Source: Nitrososphaera viennensis EN76
GTDB lineage: Archaea > Thermoproteota > Nitrososphaeria > Nitrososphaerales > Nitrososphaeraceae
Direction: 5' to 3'
Assembly: GCF_000698785.1 (NCBI RefSeq)
Contig: NZ_CP007536.1
Location: forward strand, 1,440,001-1,472,000
DNA length: 32,000 nt
In this document: positions 8,759 to 16,837 of the stretch, one piece after another
Layout of the letters: each line of letters begins with the position of its first letter
Numbering within the stretch: the stretch's first letter is position 1
The notes under the pieces: generated by a model
The model's input: the letters and a program-made list of their open reading frames with translations, nothing else
What the model was told of the DNA's origin: nothing
Databases searched by the model: none
Program-made: the position numbers and the translations under genes

Positions 8759-9765
8759 GGTACCGTTAACTTTTTGGCCGCGGACGTTCAACAACAAGCG
8801 ACGTGACAACCGACAACTTGGCAACATATCCTAAATGTAACAGCAAATTTCTTCAGACACGCTTGTTTTTGGCGGCAGCGATATAAAATGAGGCCCTACT
8901 CGCCATGCGTGGCTTTCGGGACCTGATGAACCCTTCTTTTAACCAATTTGGTCGGCTGATTGGCAGCTATTCTTTCAATTGATTGATTAAAACAGTTACT
9001 ATCGCCATCTTTGCTGCTGCGTTATATGCCCCAACCGACACGGGCCCGAACCTTGTCGGTGTTGTATTCAAGCATCTCGAATCTTCTTCTTTCATCGGAT
9101 GCTCCAAAACCGGAGTATCTGCGTGCACATATAATTGCCCTTGCAGCCGTCGCTCTGTGCCGTCGTTTACAATAATTATCTTTCGATTTTGTTGCATAAC
9201 AAGATGCAGTTAAACCGGGAGTAATAGCATATGCAACAATATTTGTAGATTGCAGGTAGAGTTCCTTTGGCTCATTGGTGCTCGAACACTATGTGGAACT
9301 GTGCATCTCTGGGCCCTCATGGTCCAGATCCTATGCGGGTGCGGACCCATTCTGTCTAGAATTTAAGATTCTCTATTTTTTATGCGCAACAAGAAAACGA
9401 ATCAGTTGGAGCCAATTCTCACATATCCTGCGAATTCCTTTTTCATTTCTACAGGACAACCTTCCCGCTCGGAAGCAGTTCTTGCAAAGTTCCAGTCTTC
9501 TGGGATAAGGTTTTCTACCTCTTCACTTGTGGCTATGCGTTGGACGGATATTGCCGATGCCCATGATCTGGGAACCTCTTAAATCCTGCCAAGGTGTTTG
9601 GACGTATCTTCAGAACTGCCCTCAGCAGGAGATCGCCGATCCTTTACTTCTTCTGCCCGAGTTCCCAGACTTTACAACTGTAACTTTATTGGATTCTTAA
9701 CCTCCTAATGCTGCATGCTAAACAATCAAGTGATTTCCAAATGACAGCAGAGAAATTGAACTACT

Positions 9766-10395
9766 CTACCTGTGTAAACTTTCAGCAATCTTCACCAATA
9801 CTTGAAGAGGCTGGTGCCCACGAATACCGTAAATGGTGCCATCCTGGTCATCATAGAACCTAACCCAGCCGGGCATTTTTATTGGTTCTTGTTTAACAAT
9901 ATTTCCATCTATTCTTACGGTGTCAGTCCCGTTAAATGGCTCCCATCCGATTCCTTTGTTGCCATTTACCGTGATTGGCTCAACTTTGGCTAGTGTTTCC
10001 GTATTATTTGCATAATATTCGAGTTCTTGATTCTGAAATTGAATGCTATCTTTTATCTCATCAGATTTATTGACACTGATAACTATGGCGCCTTTGTCAA
10101 TTAGTCCGCCATACGATTCAGTAAGTGGACACAGAGAATGATCTGCATAAAACATGATGACGGTACGCCCTGCATAGTCAACGCCCTCCAACTGAAATCC
10201 TGCGGGCATACTTGAAGTATCGGGTTGTTTTACCGGAAAATCGGTGACTACGGAATCAAGCGTCTTTAGCATACATGCGTCATCGTTAGCTGCTTGACTC
10301 AATCTTCCGGTGTTTGCTAATATGACAGCTCCACCAATCACAGCTGAAAGAATTACCGCCACAAGAACAATCTTTCTTCTTTCCATTGTTACCAC
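9766..10395 (-). CDS. membrane-anchored extracytoplasmic protein (DUF4367-like C-terminus?)
   Basis: One N-terminal TM helix (IVLVAVILSAVIGGAVILA). The C-terminal pattern ...GWEPF...VRFYDDQDGTIYGIRGHQPLQVLVKIAESL recalls DUF4367-type domains, from memory and weakly. The more likely start is the ATG at 10386, preceded by aGGTGGt. The gene abuts the upstream gene. Confidence 0.6.
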   Translation of the reverse strand: MVTMERRKIVLVAVILSAVIGGAVILANTGRLSQAANDDACMLKTLDSVVTDFPVKQPDTSSMPAGFQLEGVDYAGRTVIMFYADHSLCPLTESYGGLIDKGAIVISVNKSDEIKDSIQFQNQELEYYANNTETLAKVEPITVNGNKGIGWEPFNGTDTVRIDGNIVKQEPIKMPGWVRFYDDQDGTIYGIRGHQPLQVLVKIAESLHR

Positions 10396-11211
10396 CTAAC
10401 CATTACCACCGTAGTTAATCGGCGCTTGGACTGGATCATCGACTGTGCAAGAATCAGTATTATATGGTGACGAAAGGCCCGGACTAGTTGCAACAGTGTC
10501 TATTTTACTAGAGGAGCCAGTATAAGAGTAGACATAATTAAGAATGAAGCCATTAGACGAGTAGCATTTGTAATAGGGGTTAGATGAGGAGCTAAAGTAA
10601 TCGTTAAATTGCATACTACCGCTTACCCATTTCCCTACTTTTAGCGAATCGAACCACCCGGGCAAGTTATTTGATGAATCTTGCGGATGGGTCGATCTAG
10701 CAGCGTTGCCTACACTCCCTGCCGGATGCGACCCTGTCGGAAAACAGTATGAATTAGAGTTAGATATTGTGGTAGCTTTCCAGCAATAGCTCGTGGAACT
10801 AGTCTGCTGCTCTACCTTAGCGGTAAATGTAGTCCCAGCAGATAACTGTGTCCAAAGATCGTGATTCACACCTATTGTGGGTGTAACGCGGTATACTAGA
10901 TTATACTTCTCAACTGAAGAACTGCCTATCTGCGCATACCAGCCAGCGCCCATTGAAGAGTCAGTACTGTAAAAATTCACATACACCATGTAATCTCTAT
11001 GATTCCAAGGAGATGCACTGCCGCTGATACTAGGAGTGTAGACCGTCAGGCTACCTTGCACTCCCGCTTGGTCGAAATTGGATTTCATCGATTGGTATGT
11101 ATCATAATTTGTCGCGTTGGCAAGACTAGGAACAAGGAGAATTAAGGCTGCAACCATTCCTAATAGGAAATATACGGCTTGTATTCTCAAAAAATAGAGA
11201 TTAAAGTCCAT
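10396..11211 (-). CDS. secreted Ser/Thr/Tyr/Asn-rich protein, unknown function
   Basis: 271 aa. A signal-peptide-like N-terminus ends in SLANA|T. The mature part is rich in S/T/Y/N/G with paired Cys. The gene is A/T-rich and its stop directly abuts the next gene. Confidence 0.6.
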   Translation of the reverse strand: MDFNLYFLRIQAVYFLLGMVAALILLVPSLANATNYDTYQSMKSNFDQAGVQGSLTVYTPSISGSASPWNHRDYMVYVNFYSTDSSMGAGWYAQIGSSSVEKYNLVYRVTPTIGVNHDLWTQLSAGTTFTAKVEQQTSSTSYCWKATTISNSNSYCFPTGSHPAGSVGNAARSTHPQDSSNNLPGWFDSLKVGKWVSGSMQFNDYFSSSSNPYYKCYSSNGFILNYVYSYTGSSSKIDTVATSPGLSSPYNTDSCTVDDPVQAPINYGGNG

Positions 11212-11464
11212 ATATAAATTCCCTAGAAATATCTTCTATTCTGCGTGCATTTAAGGAATTAGTCGAAATATTGCGCCATTTGTGGTGGTTCTGTCGCATT
11301 GTCGTCGGATGCAATTTCATCTTGGTGATCACGAACCGACGCGAATGCTACAGTACCCAATCTTGTCGCGTAACAAAGAGCAGAGACTGGATGTAATCCT
11401 AATGCAACAAAATTGGCGATGTAATTAATCAAAAAAAGGAAAAAGGAAAGGTACAGAAAGTCTG

Positions 11465-12256
11465 CTAGCGTCTTTGTGCAACAGTGCCGTAGATAGGTTC
11501 GGTACCAAAGTGGTTTTCTATCTTTTCAGGTCCTAGCGTCATGGCAAATACAGAGTTGCCTATTATTCTGATAGTTATCGGCACATCCTGCACCGGGCCT
11601 TCCCGCATCGTGACGGTAGCTGTTCCATTGATAGTCGGGTTGCCAGATTCGTTGCTTCCAATTTCAGTCACTTTTAGATCTGACACTTCGTGTTCATGGA
11701 AGCCAGTACCGTTGGGCTGGACCATCTCTATTTTAGCCGTGAAGGAAAGGGCGGTTACATTAGCTGCCGGTGGCGCGGTTACATTAGCTGCCGGTGGCGC
11801 GGTTACATTAGCTGCCGGTGGCGCGGTTACATTACCTTCGACCTGTTCTAACTTCCAGATTCCCGCCAGTATCCACACAGGCGTGCCATCTTCAATCTGG
11901 ATGCTTGCAATCCGGCCAGTTAGCCTACCCTCCGGCAACTGCAAGCCGGTTTGGTTTCCTGTAGTCGTTTGGTTTCCTGTAGTCGTTTGGTTTCCTGTAG
12001 TCGTTTGGTTTCCTGTAGTCGTTTGGTTTCCTGTAGTCGTTTGGTTTCCTGTAGTCGTTTGGTTTCCTGTAGTCGTTTGGTTTCCTAAACCTGTCACGTT
12101 TCCAATTAGGTTCTCTCCAGCGCTTGTCGCGTTTCCAATCAGGTCTTGTATCGGATTTTGTGCGAAGCTTCTTGCCACTGAAAAAGAACCGACTAGAATA
12201 GCCGAGACAAGCACTGCAGCAATCGCTGCAGAAACTATCTTAGCATTTTCTGCCAT
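11465..12256 (-). CDS. exported or anchored repeat protein with tandem N-glycosylation sequons
   Basis: 263 aa with an N-terminal hydrophobic segment (IVSAAIAAVLVSAILVG). It contains (GNQTTT)x7 plus a partial unit, (NVTAPPAA)x3 plus a partial unit, and further NxS/T sites. Confidence 0.7.
   Translation of the reverse strand: MAENAKIVSAAIAAVLVSAILVGSFSVARSFAQNPIQDLIGNATSAGENLIGNVTGLGNQTTTGNQTTTGNQTTTGNQTTTGNQTTTGNQTTTGNQTTTGNQTGLQLPEGRLTGRIASIQIEDGTPVWILAGIWKLEQVEGNVTAPPAANVTAPPAANVTAPPAANVTALSFTAKIEMVQPNGTGFHEHEVSDLKVTEIGSNESGNPTINGTATVTMREGPVQDVPITIRIIGNSVFAMTLGPEKIENHFGTEPIYGTVAQRR
11751..11834. repeat. perfect 24-bp tandem repeat, 3.5 copies, in-frame (NVTAPPAA on minus strand)
   Basis: gcggttacattagctgccggtggc occurs at 11751-11774, 11775-11798 and 11799-11822, plus a 12-nt partial unit. 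There are no mismatches. Confidence 0.95.
11949..12086. repeat. perfect 18-bp tandem repeat, 7 full copies plus a 12-nt partial, in-frame (GNQTTT on minus strand)
   Basis: gtttggtttcctgtagtc is repeated head-to-tail from 11949 to 12074, then gtttggtttcct follows. There are no mismatches. Confidence 0.95.
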
Positions 12257-12742
12257 TTAGGAAATAATCGCTAGATGATGTTTAATGAGTTTCGACTTTG
12301 ACTGCGATATGACTCTATTTTTGACCTACAGAGATAGACTGGTTGCACTATTACACACACAGGGCGCTACAAAAAACTCGGTAAAGATGCGGACGAGCAT
12401 CGTGAAGAAAAGCCAATGGCAAAGACAAAAAACAGCAAGCAAGACACGCATGCACATACACACACGCATGTCAGGAGCAATATGACAGGCGGCACCAAAT
12501 CCTAAAGGAAGAAGAGAATGCAAAAATATCGAGTGTGCCAGATTTGCGGCTGATAAGCTGGCAAGCTTTTTTACCTTGTGCCGGCTAGATCTCGGCAATA
12601 TTTGCCAGGCACATATGAGTTATAATATATATAAATAGTTACTTTTAATCATATAAAAATCACCGGAAGTACCTTATAAAGACAGCATAGTTTACAGGTT
12701 TTTGATAACTCCTTAATATCTTTATACCGATGTAGGAAAGGC

Positions 12743-13705
12743 ATGAGCATCGAAATCTCCAGTATACTTGCGCTCCTGACTACTTTTCAGGTAGCGGGAG
12801 GAAACGATCTGGCGGCCCCGATCGTAAATTCATTAAATGAATTCGGAACAACGATAGGGCGCGCCCTGCCAAATATTGTAGCAGCGCTTGTCCTCCTAGG
12901 AATCGGATATCTGGTAGGCAAGATTGCAGGGTGGGCAGTCTCCAAAGTCATAAAGAAACTCAACCTGGATAAACACTGGAGCAAAAGCGGGATCGGGCAG
13001 GCGACGGTAAGCACCGGCTGGAGCATGTCCAGGATTTTTGGAACAGCCACAAAGTGGTTCATCTACCTCTTCTTCATAGCCGCGGCGGTAAACGTGCTGC
13101 AATTCCCGCAGATATCGCAGGCGATCAACAGTGTGTGGCTGTGGGTTCCAAACGTCGTTGCCTTTTTGCTGGTGCTGGTGATAGGTTCGCTTCTTGCAGA
13201 CTTTGTTGGAAGCTGGCTGCAAAATGAGCTTCCAAGGAGGGGAATCATAGCAGGCAAGACAATCGGCCTTGCCATAACCGGGATATTCTATGCCATAGTC
13301 CTGACAGTGGCAGTCACGCAGCTGGGCATCGGGCAGACCATACTGAACTCTGTCATAACCGCGCTGGTATGGGGGATAGCGGCGGCACTGGCGATTGGTT
13401 TTGGAGTAGGCCTCGCATACGGGTTGAAAGAGGCCATCCCTTCGATCATCAAGGGCAATACGCTCGTACAGCCGGCCATAAAGCAGGGACAGAAGATCTC
13501 GTTCAACCAGCACAGAGGCGTCGTACAGGAAGTCGGTGCATTTAGCGTAATAATAAAGGACGAGGCAGGAAGGACCGTGGTGATCCCGACAAAGAACCTC
13601 ATAGACGAAGAAATAATCGTGGAATCGGGTCCAAACCCTGAAACGCAAGAAAGGATGATGGAAAGAGGAGGAGGATCACCATCGTCGTATTCTGCGGCAG
13701 CATAA
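12743..13705 (+). CDS. multi-pass membrane protein, MscS-like mechanosensitive channel family (tentative)
   Basis: 320 aa with several TM helices. A C-terminal beta-domain pattern follows (GQKISFNQHRGVVQEVGAFSVIIKDEAGRTVVIPTKNLIDEEIIVES), which resembles the MscS middle domain. Confidence 0.55.
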   Translation: MSIEISSILALLTTFQVAGGNDLAAPIVNSLNEFGTTIGRALPNIVAALVLLGIGYLVGKIAGWAVSKVIKKLNLDKHWSKSGIGQATVSTGWSMSRIFGTATKWFIYLFFIAAAVNVLQFPQISQAINSVWLWVPNVVAFLLVLVIGSLLADFVGSWLQNELPRRGIIAGKTIGLAITGIFYAIVLTVAVTQLGIGQTILNSVITALVWGIAAALAIGFGVGLAYGLKEAIPSIIKGNTLVQPAIKQGQKISFNQHRGVVQEVGAFSVIIKDEAGRTVVIPTKNLIDEEIIVESGPNPETQERMMERGGGSPSSYSAAA

Positions 13706-13899
13706 TAAAATAGCGAGACGACAACAACCTGTGCGTGCCAGAGCTATCAACAAGGCCGCCGGTGACCTTTTTCTTCTTCCTTTTTCAGGAACTATGGCGC
13801 GTAAAGACATCAGGGAAAAATAATATCACGAAATGAACGCACCTAGAGGTTTCTTCGTGAACCTATTTCTAATGGCTGGAATTTCTGAGAGTATCGCAG

Positions 13900-14571
13900 A
13901 TGACTAGTAGTACGCGGTGGCGAAAGCTCCTGATAGGTCTGGTGATTCTTGGCGGCATCGTGGACGTTTCGGTCGCGACTTGGATTGCTGTTGCTGGTGG
14001 TGATGTTTCCAATCCAGACTTGCAATCCCTCCTGATTGGGTGGACTGTCGTTTTGAACCTAGTGATAATAGTAATTTCTGCGCTGGCGATCAAGAAGGGG
14101 CTATCGCGGCGACGGAAGCAGCAGCGCCACTTCCATAGCTCTCTGCAAACCCACCGTCCAAGCGATTTTCGCCGCACCTACACCACGATAAATGGTGAAA
14201 CGGTGAAAAGCATGGGAGAGAAGCTCTTGGCAGACTACTTTTACCAAAACGACATCCGATACCAGTACGAAAGGACGGCATGGACTACTGACAACAAGCT
14301 CAAGCACAGAAGGATGATTTCCAAGCCTGATTTTTACCTGCCGGATTATGACCTGTACGTGGAATACTGGGGAATGGTGGATACGGAGGACGAAAGCAAT
14401 AGGGCAGACTATATCAAATCAATGAAATGGAAAATGGCCAGGTACGATGAAAACAAAATCAAGTTCATATCCATCTATCCAAAGGATCTGGACGACTTGG
14501 ACCGGATTGTCCGGGCAAAAATGAGCGAATCTGCACGTACAGGCCGGGACAGAAGAGACAGGTTCTCCTAG
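13900..14571 (+). CDS. membrane-anchored protein with C-terminal PD-(D/E)XK-like (restriction-endonuclease-fold) domain
   Basis: Two predicted N-terminal TM helices (LLIGLVILGGIVDVSVATWIAVAG; LLIGWTVVLNLVIIVISALAI). The soluble domain reads GEKLLADYFYQNDIRYQYE...KPDFYLPDYDLYVEYWG...K, which fits an E...PD...ExW/K nuclease-fold pattern. The fold call is inference. Confidence 0.55.
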   Translation: MTSSTRWRKLLIGLVILGGIVDVSVATWIAVAGGDVSNPDLQSLLIGWTVVLNLVIIVISALAIKKGLSRRRKQQRHFHSSLQTHRPSDFRRTYTTINGETVKSMGEKLLADYFYQNDIRYQYERTAWTTDNKLKHRRMISKPDFYLPDYDLYVEYWGMVDTEDESNRADYIKSMKWKMARYDENKIKFISIYPKDLDDLDRIVRAKMSESARTGRDRRDRFS

Positions 14572-14631
14572 GGGATTTTATCAATAAAAAAATAAAAGGA
14601 GCAGGTCCTGCGGCTTGCGTTCTAACACGTT

Positions 14632-15061
14632 TCATTTTTTGCTATGGAAGCTACGAGTCCGCACTTTTCTGCCGCAGACAGGACAGTAGATTGTTCCCAG
14701 CGGCCGCCGTTCGGCGCATGTGCTGCAAAACGTGTTATAGAGGTAGATCGAGTTGGTGATGTCCCATTTCACCCAGATTGCAGTCGTCACGGCATCTTTT
14801 ATCTAATATAGTGCCAAGCTTCTCGAAGTTAGTACCGGAGTCGCGATATTTAGAAAAGATTTCGGCCGCGTCAAACCTGCCTCTCTCCTTTTTGCTCTGC
14901 TCGCAGTTTTTGCGCGCCAATCCCCGGGCATTGTTTGTGTAAGGCTGTTTGGCGGGTCCAAGGCAAGAGCCCGCGAGAGACACATCATCATATTCTTCTT
15001 CCCGGGTTCTTGGAGTGTCAACGGCAAAAAAGTGCAACAATTGATAACTTGCTTGTACCAA
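14632..15061 (-). pseudogene. zinc-ribbon protein gene apparently split by a 1-nt homopolymer frameshift
   Basis: The 108-aa ORF (14735..15061) ends ...FEKLGTILDKRCRDD.... The +1-shifted frame continues DAVTTAIWVKWDITNSIYLYNTFCSTCAERRPLGTIYCPVCGRKVRTRSFHSKK* to 14632, carrying CxxC-x10-CxxC. Removing one base from the A4/T4 run at 14797-14800 joins them as ...ILDKDAVTTAIW.... Alternatively, a stand-alone 52-aa ORF 14632..14790 with a GTG start. Confidence 0.35.
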
Positions 15062-15072
15062 GTAAAGTAATG

Positions 15073-15080
15073 CTTATAAC
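15073..15080 (+). promoter_or_regulatory. TATA-like box upstream of the acidic micro-ORF
   Basis: cttataac is centred about 30 nt upstream of the ATG at 15106. Confidence 0.3.
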
Positions 15081-15105
15081 AATCCTCTAGTCGGTTATTG
15101 GTGGC

Positions 15106-15192
15106 ATGTCAGAAGACGACGACTTTGAGGATGACTTTGAAGACGAGGATGAAGACGAAGATTCTTCCGACGATGACGAAGGGGACGAATAA
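15106..15192 (+). CDS. 28-aa poly-acidic microprotein (candidate)
   Basis: My own translation gives MSEDDDFEDDFEDEDEDEDSSDDDEGDE*. It has a TATA-like box at the correct distance, GGTGG just upstream of the ATG, and T-rich tracts (ggttttta, ttgtttt) just downstream. Confidence 0.35.
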   Translation: MSEDDDFEDDFEDEDEDEDSSDDDEGDE

Positions 15193-15220
15193 AAAAGTCC
15201 CCGCGGTTTTTATTGTTTTG

Positions 15221-15562
15221 TTATTGTCGTAATTTTTTGTTGTTGTTGCTGCTGCCGCCCAGCCTCTCGTACTGCATCCTGAACAATCCGATGAGCGTCT
15301 GCACGTCCTCGTCGCTGCGGACGTAAAATGTCACCCAGCCGGACTCCGGCAGGATGTGGTGCGGGGATACCTTTCCCTTTTCAACCAGCTCTTTTCTCAC
15401 TTTCATCGGAAACGGCAGGTCGGCCCAGCTTGAGCCGTGCATGTGTCCCATCTCGCGGCCGTTCAGGTCAAACTCGGTCCCGCCAAACCTGTGGGTCTTG
15501 GTTACCACGCCCGGCCATGAGAGAAGCTCGCTTTTCACCCTCTCTAGCGTGTTTGCCACCAT
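15221..15562 (-). CDS. small conserved protein, DUF5519 / luciferase-domain-like
   Basis: 113 aa. The pattern LLSWPGVVTKTHRFGGTEFDLNGREMGHMHG...DLPFP...LV..G....HHILPESGWVTF matches my recollection of that family. Confidence 0.55.
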   Translation of the reverse strand: MVANTLERVKSELLSWPGVVTKTHRFGGTEFDLNGREMGHMHGSSWADLPFPMKVRKELVEKGKVSPHHILPESGWVTFYVRSDEDVQTLIGLFRMQYERLGGSSNNNKKLRQ

Positions 15563-15634
15563 CAGTGTATATTATGACAGTATGGAGATTTAAGTGTGGT
15601 ATGAATAACTTACTTGGTAGTATTCTTTTCTCCT

Positions 15635-15922
15635 CTATACCTTGAGGCCAAAGCTCTCGGCAAAGCCCTTGAACTGGTTGTACGAGTTCAGGAACTCCAT
15701 ACCCTTCTCGCTTATGCGGTATTTCGAGTCGGGCGCCTCGCTTAGGAGGCCGTACGCCTTTAGCTCCGAAACGATGGACGAGAGCCGGCGGTGAGGCACG
15801 TTTGCCTTTCTGATGAGGTGGGTGACGGGAGCGCCTTCGTCATAGCCCTCGTAGCTGTACTGCCTTGCCGTGTCCAGTATGTCGGCTATGATGCTGATGT
15901 GCGTCCTGTTGTTATTCGGCAT
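15635..15922 (-). CDS. winged-helix transcriptional regulator-like protein
   Basis: The ATG at 15922 is preceded by GGAGG and overlaps the upstream membrane-protein gene by 11 nt. wHTH-like segment: THLIRKANVPHRRLSSIVSELKAYGLLSE...YRISEKG. The track ORF starts at a TTG at 15940. Confidence 0.6.
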   Translation of the reverse strand: MPNNNRTHISIIADILDTARQYSYEGYDEGAPVTHLIRKANVPHRRLSSIVSELKAYGLLSEAPDSKYRISEKGMEFLNSYNQFKGFAESFGLKV

Positions 15923-16559
15923 CTTTAAGCCTCCTTCCAAGGCCGCTTGTCAGGCCGAATTTTGAGAACGGTATGAACATCAGGCCAAAGCCGGCAACCT
16001 TGGCTGCCAGGGCAGGGTAGTCATAAGTGCCTGGGAATATGAAATCGTACCAGGCCAAGAGCTCCGCTACTGCTAGCGTGCCAAGTCCCGAGCCAATCAT
16101 GAGGGTGTTTGTCCTCATGGTCTGCATATACGATGCTAATGTTTCAATCGACACATATACTAGTAGAATAAAAGAAATTGACCTGACAAGATGTTCTATT
16201 GAATTTCCAGGTATTACGAATGGAGTAGCAGCTAAGGGTACCAAGGCAAGGGCGGCAGCGGAGGCGCCTCCTCTTGGCGCAAAGTCAAACGACGACTTTA
16301 GCCCATGAGACATGGCTATGAAAAAGTATCCGACTGCCTGCGCTGCAAGACCGGCGGTGTCGACTGCCCGGGCATAGCCGGGATGCACAAAGAATGCGGC
16401 TATGATGAGGGCAAAGCCGGCGGCTATCGAGGCAAACGCAAGGGTAAGGCGCAGGAGGTTTGGACTGCCGATGGTCGCATAGCCGCTGTACGCGAACCGG
16501 CCTATCATCGCAGAGATGGCTAGGCCAACGAGGTTTATCGCAAGTTCGATTTCCACCAA
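15912..16559 (-). CDS. polytopic membrane protein, unknown function
   Basis: 215 aa with about 6-7 hydrophobic helices. It is translationally coupled to the downstream wHTH gene. Confidence 0.65.
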   Translation of the reverse strand: MVEIELAINLVGLAISAMIGRFAYSGYATIGSPNLLRLTLAFASIAAGFALIIAAFFVHPGYARAVDTAGLAAQAVGYFFIAMSHGLKSSFDFAPRGGASAAALALVPLAATPFVIPGNSIEHLVRSISFILLVYVSIETLASYMQTMRTNTLMIGSGLGTLAVAELLAWYDFIFPGTYDYPALAAKVAGFGLMFIPFSKFGLTSGLGRRLKDAE

Positions 16560-16594
16560 CCGGCCGGTCGGTAATGGTTTGCGTGCAGAGTTAT

Positions 16595-16762
16595 TTACTT
16601 TTTGTAGTCGCTCAGGATGTCGCGGTAGCGCGCGTCCTTGTACGCGATGTATTTCACGTACTCGCCGTAGGTCATGTCAAACTCGCACTTGGTGCACTTG
16701 ACGTACGTGAAATCGTCTGCCAGCTCGGCTATTGCCTTGCAGTCGGGGCAGCGCACCTTCAT
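16595..16762 (-). CDS. 55-aa zinc-ribbon protein (below ORF-track cutoff)
   Basis: My own translation gives MKVRCPDCKAIAELADDFTYVKCTKCEFDMTYGEYVKYIAYKDARYRDILSDYKK*. It has CxxC-x15-CxxC, an ATG start, host-like codon and GC usage, and a TATA-like ttattatag about 25 nt upstream. Confidence 0.6.
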   Translation of the reverse strand: MKVRCPDCKAIAELADDFTYVKCTKCEFDMTYGEYVKYIAYKDARYRDILSDYKK

Positions 16763-16837
16763 GGCAGTACTGTCGTTGCAAAACTATAATAACTTTGGGA
16801 AAAAATCAGGCCGGATTTGGAAAAACCTTCTTAAGCG

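Noticed and set aside
10643-10662. gaatcgaaccacccggg, resembling the reverse complement of a tRNA T-arm and acceptor end.
   Set aside because: It lies inside a CDS (…PGWFDSLKV…). No cloverleaf could be built from the surrounding sequence.
11751-12086. Regular short direct repeats that could be mistaken for a CRISPR array.
   Set aside because: The units are contiguous with no spacers. They are 18 and 24 bp long, in frame, and lie inside a CDS.
11541-12260. 239-aa + ORF containing the (VWFPVV)n repeat.
   Set aside because: It is the antisense reading of the repeat protein. The minus-strand reading has a signal or anchor segment and sensible domains.
12285-12598. ORFs 12285..12485 (+) and 12326..12598 (-) in the 486-bp A/T-rich spacer.
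   Set aside because: They are mutually antisense, with Lys/Arg/Thr- or Leu/Cys-rich low-complexity translations. The region contains CA-rich simple sequence and there is no promoter geometry.
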